64,000 bases of DNA. Source: Balanoglossus misakiensis. Lineage: Eukaryota > Animalia > Hemichordata. The stretch lies in assembly GCA_040954595.2 (NCBI GenBank), contig CM082590.2, forward strand, positions 6,510,001 to 6,574,000. Reading direction: 5' to 3'. The translations under genes were made by a program, and so were the position numbers. The notes beneath the pieces were generated by a model. That model ran no database searches. It worked only from the letters and a program-made list of their open reading frames with translations, and was not told the origin of the DNA. Positions 1-12,800 of the stretch are shown piece by piece (position 1 is the first letter of the stretch; each line of letters begins with the position of its first letter).

Positions 1-1142
1 ATCTCTGTACGGAGAATGGTTGGCTGATACCCTGCCTCGGTGACCAGGTGGGTTAGCTACAATCTCTGTACGGAGAATGGTTGGCTGGTACCCTGCCTCG
101 GTGACCAGGTGGGTTAGCTACAATCTCTGTACGGAGAATGGTTGGCTGGTACCCTGCCTCGGTGACCAGGTGGGTTAGCTACAATCTCTGTACGGAGAAT
201 GGTTGGCTGGTACCCTGCCTCGGTGACCAGGTGGGTTAGCTACAATCTCTGTACGGAGAATGGTTGGCTGGTACCCTGCCTCGGTGACCAGGTGGGTTAG
301 CTACAATCTCTGTACGGAGAATGGTTGGCTGGTACCCTGCCTCGGTGACCAGGTGGGTTAGCTACAATCTCTGTACGGAGAATGGTTGGCTGGTACCCTG
401 CCTCGGTGACCAGGTGGGTTAGCTACAATCTCTGTACGGAGAATGGTTGGCTGGTACCCTGCCTCGGTGACCAGGTGGGTTAGCTACAATCTCTGTACGG
501 AGAATGGTTGGCTGATACCCTGCCTCGGTGACCAGGTGGGTTAGCTACAATCTCTGTACGGAGAATGGTTGGCTGGTACCCTACCTCGGTGACCAGGTGG
601 GTTAGCTACAATCTCTGTACGGAGAATGGTTGGCTGGTACCCTGCCTCGGTGACCAGGTGGGTTAGCTACAATCTCTGTACGGAGAATGGTTGGCTGGTA
701 CCCTGCCTCGGTGACCAGGTGGGTTAGCTACAATCTCTGTACGGAGAATGGTTGGCTGATACCCTGCCTCGGTGACCAGGTGGGTTAGCTACAATCTCTG
801 TACGGAGAATGGTTGGCTGGTACCCTGCCTCGGTGACCAGGTGGGTTAGCTACAATCTCTGTACGGAGAATGGTTGGCTGGTACCCTGCCTCGGTGACCA
901 GGTGGGTTAGCTACAATCTCTGTACGGAGAATGGTTGGCTGGTACCCTGCCTCGGTGACCAGGTGGGTTAGCTACAATCTCTGTACGGAGAATGGTTGGC
1001 TGGTACCCTGCCTCGGTGACCAGGTGGGTTAGCTACAATCTCTGTACGGAGAATGGTTGGCTGGTACCCTGCCTCGGTGACCAGGTGGGTTAGCTACAAT
1101 CTCTGTACGGAGAATGGTTGGCTAGTACCCTGCCTCGGTGAC
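1..1142. repeat. 61-bp minisatellite (~18.7 copies visible, runs off the left edge) in intron 2 of gene A
   Basis: Near-identical head-to-tail unit ATCTCTGTACGGAGAATGGTTGGCTGGTACCCTGCCTCGGTGACCAGGTGGGTTAGCTACA with no spacers. Confidence 0.97.
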
Positions 1143-1306
1143 AAACACCAAAGAGGCTAGTCTCGGTTACCCAGACCCCTCTGCTTCTTCTGTTGGGCAC
1201 TCCAAAAAGAGGGTCTGGGGAAACCCCATAGTCAAATCTCCGGGCAAAGATGTAATCGGAACACCACATATTTTTTTATTTGACTTAATGAATGATTTGC
1301 ACTTAC

Positions 1307-2432
1307 CAACTTTTCTTAGTTTTTCCTTGAGTCGATTGAAAGGGATGGGTTTCATGTCCTTTTGAAAGCCATGTATATCAACATCAAAAAGCTCCCTGGC
1401 GTATTCGATTTCTTCCTCAGTGAATATACCCGCATACTTTTCCAGTTTGTTTTCTTTCAAAAAGTCCTCGATTGACATAGTGATGAAGTCAAATTCACTC
1501 TTCGTGCACCAGAATGTGTCAACAGCAACGCGTCGATAAGACCTAAATATTAAAAGAATAAAACGTAAAATAAGAAAATATAGCAAATAATTCCACGCAA
1601 ATTTCTATGTCAAAAACAATGCATCGGTTTACCAATTTTGATATTGAAAATGACATCTTAATGTCAATTCATACAAATACCATTTTTTTAAATATACCGC
1701 GTGTACATTATTTCTGATGTACATTATATTGCTCTTTAGGCAGCGATTGCAAAAAATGGGTACGGAGGGGTCAGGGATATTGATGGTATGTCATGTGTTA
1801 ACACCACAGCCAGATTACAATAGTATGGATGCTGTAGTAGCTGAAATTTTTAACATTTTTTCTGAAAGGGGACCAAGAAATTGATTGATATAAAGACCAA
1901 AATGAATTTGAATAATTTAAAAATAAAAAAAATAATAATAAAAAAATATGAGTTATGCAATTTCAATTTATAAATATTAAAATCAACGCATAAAAATTCC
2001 ACCACCTTCTGATTTGTGTAGTGGAGAGACTTCAAGTTGAAAATTTCTGACTGTGCTGAGGGGACTCTGAAAGAACCTGAAAAGTTTGCATGACACAGGG
2101 GGGGGGTGCGAAATATTTTTTTCACAAATGCTCTGACCCACCTAACCATTTTGTTTTCTTTCGTGTGTGTGTTCGCTGCCTTACCTTAACTCCGCGCATT
2201 GTTCCAAAATGTCAACCAGTACCTGCCGAACATGAAATATGACATCTTTTAATTTTGAGGAGATGGCGTAGTTGGTGCTTGGAAAACTAGCAAGGCTCTT
2301 CAACGCCTGGCCGATATCTGACAGCAATTGGCGGAATCCACCGATGAATGCTTTTAACTGCTGAGCGTCGAGGGCTTTCAGATAGCCAGTGACGAATGAA
2401 AAGCACTCGTCCACGTTTTTGCTCATAGACAT
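1307..2432 (-). CDS. Gene A (partial): helical protein with SAM-like domain; exon1 2432-2185, exon2 1542-1307, remaining exons left of the window
   Basis: ATG at 2432 (MSMSKNVDEC...). Donor AG|GTAAGG (phase 2), acceptor TTTAG|G, 236-nt exon 2 (SIEDFLKENKLEKYAGIFTEEEI...), donor G|GTAAGT. Close paralog of the complete gene A' at 18232-21645. Confidence 0.85.
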
Positions 2433-2933
2433 ATTGAATCTGTGTTTTTTGGGCAAACTGCAAACGGTGGTGCTTTTTTCAGTCAAAATGGTTTTATGTT
2501 ACCCTGCACCTTGGTGATGCACTTATACAGGCCGCTTTGTACAGGGGGTGCAGCAGTGATGTCTAATGCTCGGTTACTTTTCTATACCTTCTTGAGACAT
2601 AGCACCACAAAGATTAGTCTAGTGATGTACCTCCCCAGAGCTTAATAGGGGGATTTCCCTAATAATAATATTCAAATACACATGAATATCTCAAGTGGTA
2701 AACAATGGGTAGTCAATATGACTGGCCACATTTGGTGGAAATACCCGAATCTATAAAAAGTCTAGGTGACGTACCATGAATAACTCAAGTGATAAGTAGA
2801 ATCCGTAATCCATACGCCCACCCCCAGTTGCTGGAAAAACCCAGTACCATAAATAGGTGACGTATCACTGTACTTGTGTCAGTTCGCCGAAGCCAGACTG
2901 CCAGACACGCGTGGATAGTATCAGTCCTACAAA
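2433..2933. promoter_or_regulatory. Bidirectional promoter between divergent genes A and B with three NF-kB-like sites and a TATA-like/Inr pair
   Basis: GGGGATTTCCC at 2649-2659, GGAAATACCC at 2737-2746, GGAAAAACCC at 2833-2842. CATAAATA at 2848 lies ~33 bp before TCAGTT (2879-2884). All three kB-like sites are retained in the duplicated copy. Confidence 0.6.
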
Positions 2934-5900
2934 ATGGCGACTCTCGAGGCGACGGAGAAAAAGAACGCGCAGGCGACGGAGAAAGTGAACGCGCAGGCGA
3001 CAGCTCTGCAGCAAGCCACCGACGAAAAGAAGACAAAGTGGCTGGAAGCCCATCATGCACTGATCGAAGCCTTCGACATGAATGAGTTCAGCCAATCCAG
3101 TTGGGATGTCCGGCACGGCGTCAGACAGGTCGTTGCTGACGAACAGCTGAAGTTAGTGCAGGTCATTGGACATTTTGCTGACTTCCAGTAAGTACGACCC
3201 ACGAGAGCAGGGAGGGGGTGGGGGAGGGGTTACGGACACTCAGACTTAACCAGTCTTCAACTTGTTCACAATTGATGCCCACCGGGCTAGCCACATCCGA
3301 GCGTGTGAGTCAATCAATCTCATTCACATTAGCCGTGTTAAGATAAAGGGGCTGATGTTTGTTCTTTTACTGGCAGACAAAATAATATCTGTGATGGGCG
3401 AGTAAATACATAGACAACACTCAGTAACGTTACTGACCTTTTAATAAGTTGTCTCTGAACAACGTTATACATGTACATAACAAGAGAACATATGATGTCT
3501 GATTGAGGGCGCTCTTAAATGAGAACTATTGGCAAAGTCTGTGCTCAGTGGTTTATGCATCGCGCATATAAACATTCAACTGCACATATTTCATCGCGAT
3601 GTCATCACACTGAACGTTTTGCTTCTTCACGTGACTAGGTCACGAGCAGATTTTTCAAGACATGACGACTATGGATAGCTGCCACTTTTTGCATTATTTT
3701 CAAACTTTAATTGGTCCATCTAAATAGGCTTACCGATAGTTATAGATGAACACCTTATTGACGCCCGATTGTGACTGCATGTTGCAATTTGAACACGCTA
3801 CGTATTAAAATGGTGCTGCACCGATTAAATCAGCATCCATACAAACAGTACGCAGCTATCGTGGTTTGCGTCGCCAAAAGATGACAAACTGATGCAAATG
3901 CAAGCTTAATGGTGAGGATTTTAAAGGATAGGGAATATATTTGAAGTATATTACTGCGGGGAAAAAGTGTGAAATTTGGCAGCTATAGGGGCTTCAAAAA
4001 GCAGTTTACACACAATGGTCAGTGTGCAATGGTCGCTTTTTACTGTATATATTCTGTTTGCAGTGAAATTAGGAGGACATCAATAGATATATTCCACACC
4101 ATGAAATCCTGTGTTGCGTTCGAATTCCAATCAATTGGGGATTTTATCCTGGAAGCGAAGCTGGAAAAATACGAAAAACTCTTCGAAGATCGAAAGCTGA
4201 TGCGTTTACACGACGTTTTGACCTTTGACATGAGTGACGTCACTTCACAAATGAAGCAAGTGCCTGCTCAGAGACTGACCGAAGCCATCAATACAATCAG
4301 TAAGTCAAATCCACAGGCCCCTGTAGTATTGCTAATTTCCACCTGAGAGGACTTATATCCATTTATAACCTCTAAGTATCTACAGAATAATTCCAGTTAA
4401 GGTATAATTTGTGATTTAATTTACCACAAATTTGATTTCATCTCAATATATGCTACTCGTACATCCTAATTATAAATTTCGCTTATTATACTTTTACATG
4501 TACATTTGCATTCTCAAAGTATGCTTATTATGCAAATTATATGCAAAGTTAGTCAGATAACGTCAAAACCATCAGTTAAAGGGACAAAGTCTCTCTCTCG
4601 CTGTCCTTTTTCCATTAATTTTATTTGATACAAGACACTGTCTATGTTATTCTAGATGTAGATATGTATTGAATGAATGTTCGACCACACACAAATTCCC
4701 TCCCACTTGTAGACACGAGAGTGAAAAACACACCAAAATGAATTATCGGTGTTTACCATTTATTCATTTGGCAAGATTTTTACTCTCATATCCTGTAAAC
4801 GGGATGGAAGTTGTGTGTGGTCGAACGTTGATTCACTAAATCACATGTAGAATATCATAAACAGTGTCTTGTATCAAACATAATTAATGGAAATAGGGCG
4901 GCGAGAGAGTGACTCTGTCCCTGTCAAATAATGCAACAAATATTCGAAAATTGATATTATATAATTGGGTATTTTTTGTCAATCTGACAGAAAATGTAAG
5001 GGAGTACTGCAATGGGCAGATGCAGGATGATGTCGACAAAGCAGGGAAGACACACGACCAAGGCGTGGACGAAGTGACTTCAGAGTTAAATGGCATCATT
5101 CACCGACTCCGTTCCCAACGTGAGAAATTTCGAACTTTGACTGAACACCAACCTGGGGTATTCGCCGCTGTTAAAAATAAAGTGTTCAGCTTCTTCACCA
5201 AGAGGACGAAACTCGAAGGCGACGAGAATCCAGACACTGCAGCAAAGTCGACAGCAAACCCTGCAGCAAAGACGACAGCAGACACTGCAGCCAACACGCA
5301 ACCAGTCACTGTAGCAAGCAAGCCACCAAACACTACAGCACATGCGACACCACCCACAGGAACAAAGACGCCGCCAGACACTGAACCAAATACGGGGGAA
5401 TCCATTTCAGAAGAGGCTACCGCCGCTGTCTCTAAGTCTCGTATGTATCCATTTAAAGCTCCCCTATCTGTAACTGTTCGCTATTGCTATATGTTTTCAG
5501 TATTGTTGTTTTCATATCTACTGAAGTTTCTTGTTCAAATTTTAATACAATACCCAGAATTTCAGGTATCAACACAACATATACAGTATGTGTAAAGTCA
5601 ACATTCTTATTGTGCCAAATTTTTAATCATTCGTCAACCAGAACAATTGCCGTGACACATATACAGGATATGTTAGCAAGTGAAATATTAGTATTAAGTA
5701 TTAGCATAAAGGCTGAAGTAGAATATTGTATTTGATACTTAGATATAAAGCAAAAACTGAATATAAAGACAAAATGACAAAATTTACAGCTATGTCCCTT
5801 TAAAGGTAATATCCCGTCACAAATAAATATTTTTTTATAAAAACCTTTTAATTATCAGCTATATCAGTGTGTGAGGAATCTCTTTCAACAAAGAACAGGA

Positions 5901-6531
5901 AAAATCTATTTATAATAATCCGTAGTTTAAATTCTTCATACTCTATAGTTTTAATGTTGGTGGCCATTTTGAATGTGAAACGATAGTGCTCCATTCAAAC
6001 TGTTGAACCGTCGCCCCTAATTTTTATTGTTTATTAAAAAGTTGCCTTGTAAAATAGTGAAAAGGTCTAATAGTCTGATTTTCGAGGCACATTCTGCGTT
6101 ATTAAACAAAGCCCAAATCTCTAGTACGCATGCCCAATATCCAGCTTATTATCACAACCTAGCTGCAGCGTCCAAATGTGTAGTACGCATATTCAGGAAC
6201 ATTTTCGGTTTCTGTTTTTTCTACAGCAAAAGACGACCCGTTGCCCGCCACAACTAACCCGTACGTCGAGGCGTGGAAAGCAGCGGCCTATGAAGAAAAC
6301 TTCCAATGGAAAGGACTGGTGCATTCTCTGAAAGATTTACTGACGACAATACAAGGCGAGAGGCAGAAAGATGACGTCAGCAAAGACGGAATTATTTCGA
6401 AAGATGATGTCACCAAATGCCTGGAAAGCACTGGAAACATATTGGCTGTGTATCTAAAGGACATTGAGACAATCGATGAGCAGCTGTCAATCATAGCTAG
6501 ACAGCCATTGGGATTGGCTAATATCCGATAG
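2934..6531 (+). CDS. Gene B: 414-aa helical protein with SAM-like domain and Thr/Pro/Ala-rich insert; exons 2934-3187, 4064-4299, 4991-5440, 6227-6531
   Basis: All junctions are GT-AG and in frame (CA|GTAAGT, TTGCAG|T, A|GTAAGT, GACAG|AA, C|GTATGT, CTACAG|CA), giving 1245 nt. The 236-nt exon 2 (SIGDFILEAKLEKYEKLFEDRKL) is homologous to that of genes A, A' and C. Confidence 0.85.
4580..4922. mobile_element. MITE with AGGGACAAAGTC terminal inverted repeats (Kolobok-like termini) in gene B intron 2
   Basis: TTAA-AGGGACAAAGTCTCTCTCTCGC...GCGAGAGAGTGACTCTGTCCCT with long internal palindromy. A related copy is at 23974-24553. Confidence 0.7.
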
Positions 6532-6704
6532 ATTTAACATATTTAGATTATTGTAGACCGCAGTATAGTAATATAAAATGTACATTTGAGACAGGTCCAT
6601 CCTATTATAGTCAATAGATCCTGGAATGTTAAACAGTTGATATAGAAGCATGAAAACGCCTTTGATCTGCAAACCTTCAGATTAATTTTTGTTTGTTTGG
6701 TTAG

Positions 6705-6798
6705 GATATGTATGTATGTCTGTTTGTCTGTACGTATGTATGTATGTGTGTGTGTGTGTGTGTGTGTGTGAGTGAGTGAGTGAGTGAGTGAGTGAGTG
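6705..6798. repeat. Compound microsatellite (TATG)n/(TG)n/(GAGT)n
   Basis: Directly visible. Confidence 0.9.
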
Positions 6799-6859
6799 AT
6801 TAAATGAATGAAAGAATTGACCCCATTGTAATGTATGTGACTCTAGCACTAATATTTCG

Positions 6860-9800
6860 CGACTCCAGTTTTCGTGGTTAAATTGTCACCATCAAAGGAC
6901 GAACACAGATATCTGACTGTATGAATCTTTTCACGTCACCTTTTCTCAGTATACACAGTAATAGAAAAAGAAGAAAAATAGGGATCTTTTCCTTTCCTTG
7001 CATTGTACCACGATGTAAATTATCGACCCTTCGATTTCGAGAAAAAAATGTTCTGTTTTGACTTAAGTATTTGGGTTAAATAAAGATAATTAATACTCCA
7101 AAATGTTTAATGGTGCGGTGTTGCTAGGTCAATGCCCTACACTAGCCTTGCGGGTCTCAAGAAATGCAACTTTTTCCTGATTCTCAGACTGGGACACCCT
7201 GTATAGAAGCAGAAACCGACGTATTTACATAATGGGGGAGGGAGTTGTCATGTGAGCAGTTTGCATGTATCCCAGCAGCACCCGCGACATTCTGGGGAGA
7301 TTAGGACTTGCCGTTGCAGTCAGATCGCACGGCATTCATTAACATATGCAAATGAAGAAAGTACTTCAAACCATGTAGCCGTTAGAGTGGGCCCCGCTGA
7401 CGGGTCGCGAAATAGGCCATTTTTTTACTCGATATTATAGAGCTGTTTTCAGGCGATGTGGATTATTTTAAGACAAAACCGTGGATTCACTTGAAGGTAG
7501 GTATACTGGATTGTTACTGAATGATTTTTTGGCAACTTCTGTCGAGTAGTTTCTTTGTAATCACGAAATTTCTGACGACTGTGAAAAAACACATACCGTT
7601 GACATCCTCTCGATTATTTTTAAGCTGACCGTTACACATGGATTTTACCACGAAATTTCAAACTTTTATCAAAATATAGACATCAAACTCCCTCTCTTTG
7701 AGTTTTCATTCACTTCCAAGCTTTGATAGGGACGATATGACCAGTTCAATTTTGTTTACCTTTCAACCTGTGAGCGCCATTTTGTTTACTTTTCAACCCG
7801 TGAGCGCCACTTCTTCTGCAAAATGGCGGGAGAAGACAGCATGCATGTGTACATATATACGCTGGCGCAGGCTGTTCCCTCCTCTCTCGTGCGAAGAAAT
7901 TTTGATTGCTGATATGTAATCCCGAGTTTTACTAAACCCTAACAATTATTTTATGAAGGTTTGCCCGTGAAGGAAACTCACTTTTTTAAATTTTATTGTT
8001 CTTTCAGATTGATGAAGACTGGTTTTTGTGGTGGTGGTGTTGCAGTTGACTGTTTTATTTTAGCTGTCTGAGTTGACAATTTATTCTGTATTTTGTTGTA
8101 TTTTTAACTCTTTATCCTGTATTTTGTAGTAGTATTTTGAACACTGTTTAATAAATAAATTACTATTATTATTATTTATCGACCCAATGCAATGATGACA
8201 AATCGCTCGCCTTCAGACACAAATGTTGTATTTATTGCATATATCATCGGCGAATAAAGGGAAGTGGTTTCGAAGTTACACTTGGCATTTTCGAAAAGTC
8301 TACTTATATCCCACGATGCGGAGAAAAAAATATATACAAAATACGTCAGCTGAGCTCCTCACGTACGGTAAACCTGGCATTCTGTGCATGGGTAATCAAA
8401 TATTTGTTTGTAGCCCAATGTAGGCGAACGGCGTGGAGCACCCGGGCGCGGCACTCGTGCGATTGATCGATGTTGTGTCGAAATCAGGCCAGTAATTAAG
8501 TTAAAACTTGGCTGATATGTTACCTTAGAGTGTTATACACTATCCAGTAACTTTTACTTGACAAGTGTCTTTTAGAAACTGTTTTCCCCACGATAAACGT
8601 GTCGTTTCACGAGCAACGCAACACTTCCGTATTTACAAGCCTAACATGGAGAGGTCAACGTAGGGCCTATACTTCCGGGTCATATCGTCGAACTACATCG
8701 ATTATTTTTAAGCTGACCGTTACACAAGCATTTCGAGTTAATTTCTTTTCACGGATGTTGGGACCGATATTAGACCTATCTGTCACGAAAACTTGGTTAA
8801 CTTCCGAGGTCGTCTTCAAATGATTTTTGGCACGTTTGTGGACGTCTCTTCCGAGGTCACCAACATACCACCGAAAACACGCTAAAAACTACTACTATTA
8901 CCGACAGATTCTCATAAAATTTACGTCTGCAGTGCAAAATAGGAATCACTTTCGAAATTTATCGAGCTAGCATGGTATTTTATTGTACCACGGAGTGTAA
9001 AAATCAAGTTGAAAATCACCTTGAAAACTGGCCTATTGCCGTCTGTTTGAAAATTAACGGTCGCTGGCTTGACGAACTTTCATATGCAAATGAGCACCGT
9101 GCGATCTGACTGTTGAAGTGTGAGCATATCGCTCCTGGTTGTGGTGATCTGAATTTGTGCTTTACCCTTGTCTCTCTTCTATTTTCGTTCAAATCTTTCC
9201 CCACGTTTGTGGGAACACTTTCTCTGTAACCTCTGAAAGGCAGAATGGTTGACTGTTTTTTTTTTTTAGGGTTTTCTTGGTCTTTGTGTGAGCGTAATGC
9301 TTGGGTCGCGCGGTCGGTCGGTCGCGAGGTCAGCGGTCGTACACTGTGTTTACAAGCACGTCTCTTTACGCACGTTCTTCATTGCCTATGGCAAATCAAC
9401 CAGGACTCGTAACGGGAACTGGCTCACGCCATCAACGTGATAGGTGTTTGATTTTGGCAGTTTTCCGTCACCGTTGAGTTGGCTTTTCGTTCCCACTTCG
9501 TCATTTACTTAGACTCTATCATTTTTCGGCTCCAGTCCGATATAATTTCAGTTAGACAGTGATTTGTGTTTCGTGTTCAGTCCACGTTTTACAGCTGTGT
9601 GACTTCCATTGTTCTAAGACAATGTAGCAAGTGTGGCATAGGGTTATCGATTTTTTTTATCGCTCTGTTCTAGATTAGTGTACACATGCAATCAGACCAT
9701 AAGCCTGCATGGACAGCGAGAGGGGCTGTGAGAGAGTCTAGTACGTGCACTGTGCTACTATGGAACCGTTCATTGACAGTGACGTTCGTTGGCGTTTCCA

Positions 9801-12800
9801 CGCATAGTAAAACAAACGGAGAAATTGAAAAATCGGCGGAGGGCGGATACGATCGTCTTATGTGTATTTGCATGATTTCTTGTGTACAAACATAATTACG
9901 TCCAATCCAAATGTTCTGCAAATTTTTCGTTTAACGCATTCAAATAGTGAACTGCCTTCGCTTCCTTCCATATTTCATGCGCACTGTATAACCTTCGATT
10001 TCGAGAAAAAAAATGTTCTGTTTTGACTTTAGTATTTGGGTTAAAATAAAGATTGTGATAAAGACTCCAGTTTTCGTGGTTAAATTGTCACCATCAAAGG
10101 ACGAACGCAGATATCTGACTGTATGAATCTTTTCACGTCACCTTTTCTCAGTAAATAGAAAAAGAAGGAAAGTAAGGATCTTTTCCTTTCCTTGAATTGT
10201 ACCGCGATGTAAATTATCGACCCCTCAATTTAGAGAAAAAAATGTTCTGTTTTGACTTTAGTATTTGGGTTAAATAAAGATTATTAATACTCCAAAATGT
10301 TTAATGGTGCGGTGGGGATAGGTCAATGCCCTACACTAGCCTTGCTGGTCTCAAGAAATGCGACTTTTTCCTGATTCTCAGACAGGGACACCCTGTATAG
10401 AAGCAGAAACCGACGTATTTACATAATGGGGGGGGGGAGTTGTCACGTGAGCAGGTTGCATGTATCCCGGCAACACCCGCGACATTCTGGGGAGATAAGG
10501 ACTTGCCGTTGAAGTGTGAGCATATCGCTCCTGGTTGTGGTGATCTGAATTCGTGCTTTACCCTTGTCTTTCTTCTATTTTCTTTCAAATCTGTCTCCAC
10601 GTTTGTGGGAACACTTTCTCTGTAACCTCTGAAAGGCAGAATGGTTGACTGTTTGTTTTTTGTGAGGGTTTTCTTGGTCTTTGTGTGAGCGTAATGCTTG
10701 GGTCGCGCGGTCGGTCGCGAGGTCGGTCGCGAGGTCAGCTGTCGAACACTGTGTTTACAAGCACGTCTCTTTATGCACGTTCTTCATTGCGCATGGCAAA
10801 TCGAACCAGGACTCGTAACGGGAACTGGCGCACGCCATCAACGTGATAGGTGTTTGATTTTTGCAGTTTTCCGTCACCGTTGAGTTGGCTTTTCGTTCCC
10901 ACTTCGTCATTTACTTAGACTCTATCATTTTTCGGCTCCAGTCCGATATAATTTCAGTTAGACAGTGATTTGTGTTTCGTGTTCAGTCCACGTTTTACAG
11001 CTGTGTGACTTCCATTGTTCTAAGACAATGTAGCAAGTGTGGCATAGGGTTATCGATTTTTTTTATCGCTCTGTTCTAGATTAGTGTACACATGCAATCA
11101 GACCATAAGCCTGCATGGACAGCGAGAGGGGCTGTGAGAGGGTCTAGTACGTGCACTGTGCTACTATGGAACCGTTCATTGACAGTGACGTTCGTTGGCG
11201 TTTCCACGCATAGAACAAACGGAGAAATTGAAATATCGGCGGAGGGCGGATACGATCATCTTATGCGTATTTGCATGATTTCTTGTGTACAAACATAATT
11301 ACGTCCAATCCAAATGTTCTGCAAATTTTTCGTTTCACGCATTCATATAGTGGACTGCCTTCGCTTCCTTCCATATTTCATGCGCACTGTATAACCTTCG
11401 ATTTCGAGAAAAAAATTGTTCTGTTTTGACTTTGACTAGGTCAATGCCCTACACTAACCTTGCGGGTCTCAAGAAATGCGACTTTTTCCTGATTCTCAGA
11501 CTGGGACACCCTGTAGCAATAGAACCCGACGTATTTACATAATAGGGGGGGGAGTTGTCACGTGAGCAGGTTGCATGTATCCCGGCAACGCCCGCGACAT
11601 TCTGGGCAGATTAGGACTTGCCGTTGAAGTGTGAGGACAGAGCTTCTGGCTGTGGTGATCTGAATTCGTGCTTTACCCTTGTCTTTCTTCTATTTTCGTT
11701 CAAATCTTTCCCCACGTGTGTGGGAACACTTTCTCTGTAACCTCTGAAAGGTGGAATGGTTGACTGTTTGTTCTTTTGAGGGTTTTCTTGGTCTTTGTGT
11801 GAGCGTAATGCTTGGGTCGCGCGGTCGGTCGCGAGGTCAGCGGTCGAACACTGTGTTTACAAGCACGTCTCTTTACGCACGTTCTTCATTGCCTATGGCA
11901 AATCAACCAGGACTCGTAACGGGAACTGGCTCACGCCATCAACGTGATAGGTGTTTGATTTTGGCAGTTTTCCGTCACCGTTGAGTTGGCTTTCCGTTCC
12001 AAGCTTCGTCTTTCACTTAGGCTCGATCATTTTTCGGCCCCAGTCCGATATAATTTCAGTTAGACAGCGATTTGTGTTTCTTGTTCAGTCCACGTTTTAC
12101 AGCTGTGTGACTTCCATTGTTCTAAGACAATGTAGCAAGTGTTGCATAGGGTTATCGATTTTTTTTTATCGCTCTGTTCTGGTGTAGCGTAGCTTGTACG
12201 TGCACTGTGTTACTATGGAACCGTTCATTGACAGTGACGTTCGTTCGCGTTTCCCCGCATAGTAAAACAAACGGAATGAATTGAATAATCGGCGGAGGGC
12301 GGTGCAGTGACGGGTGGCGGAATTAAGGCCGACGATTGTTTTATGTGCATGTGCGTAATTTCGTGTGTACAAACATTACGTGCAATCCAAATGTTCTGCA
12401 AATTTTGCATTTGACGCATTCAAATAGTGGACTGCCTTCACTTCCTACCATATTTCATGCGCACCGTATAGGTGGACTTTAGTTTTGTTCATTCTTTTCA
12501 CCCAATTTGCTGTCTCTTCCCGATCTCTGACACGGACTATTAGGCCTACGCCCAATCCAAATGCTCTGCAAATTTTTCGTTTAACGCATTCAAATCATGC
12601 AAATAGTGGACTGCCTTCGCTTCCTTCTATATTTCATGCACACTGTATAACCTGTCACATTTTATCAGTATACACAGTAATAGAAAAAGAAGGAAAGTAA
12701 GGATCTTTTCCTTTCCTTGAATTGTACCGCGATGTTTATTATCGACCCTTCGATTTTGAGAAAAAAAATGTTCTGTTTTGACTTTAGTATTTGGGTTAAA

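Larger units (their letters stand above)
1..4441. repeat. Left arm of a large inverted segmental duplication (partner ~15655-20160)
   Basis: The reverse complement matches colinearly: minisatellite, gene A exons 1-2, promoter, gene B exons 1-2. ORF pairs 2181-2486/18175-18474, 1167-1586/19013-19303 and 3969-4346/15750-16127 are near-identical. Confidence 0.95.

Noticed and set aside
1-1142. CRISPR-like appearance of the 61-bp array
   Set aside because: Units are contiguous and identical with no unique spacers; the context is a eukaryotic intron and there are no cas genes.
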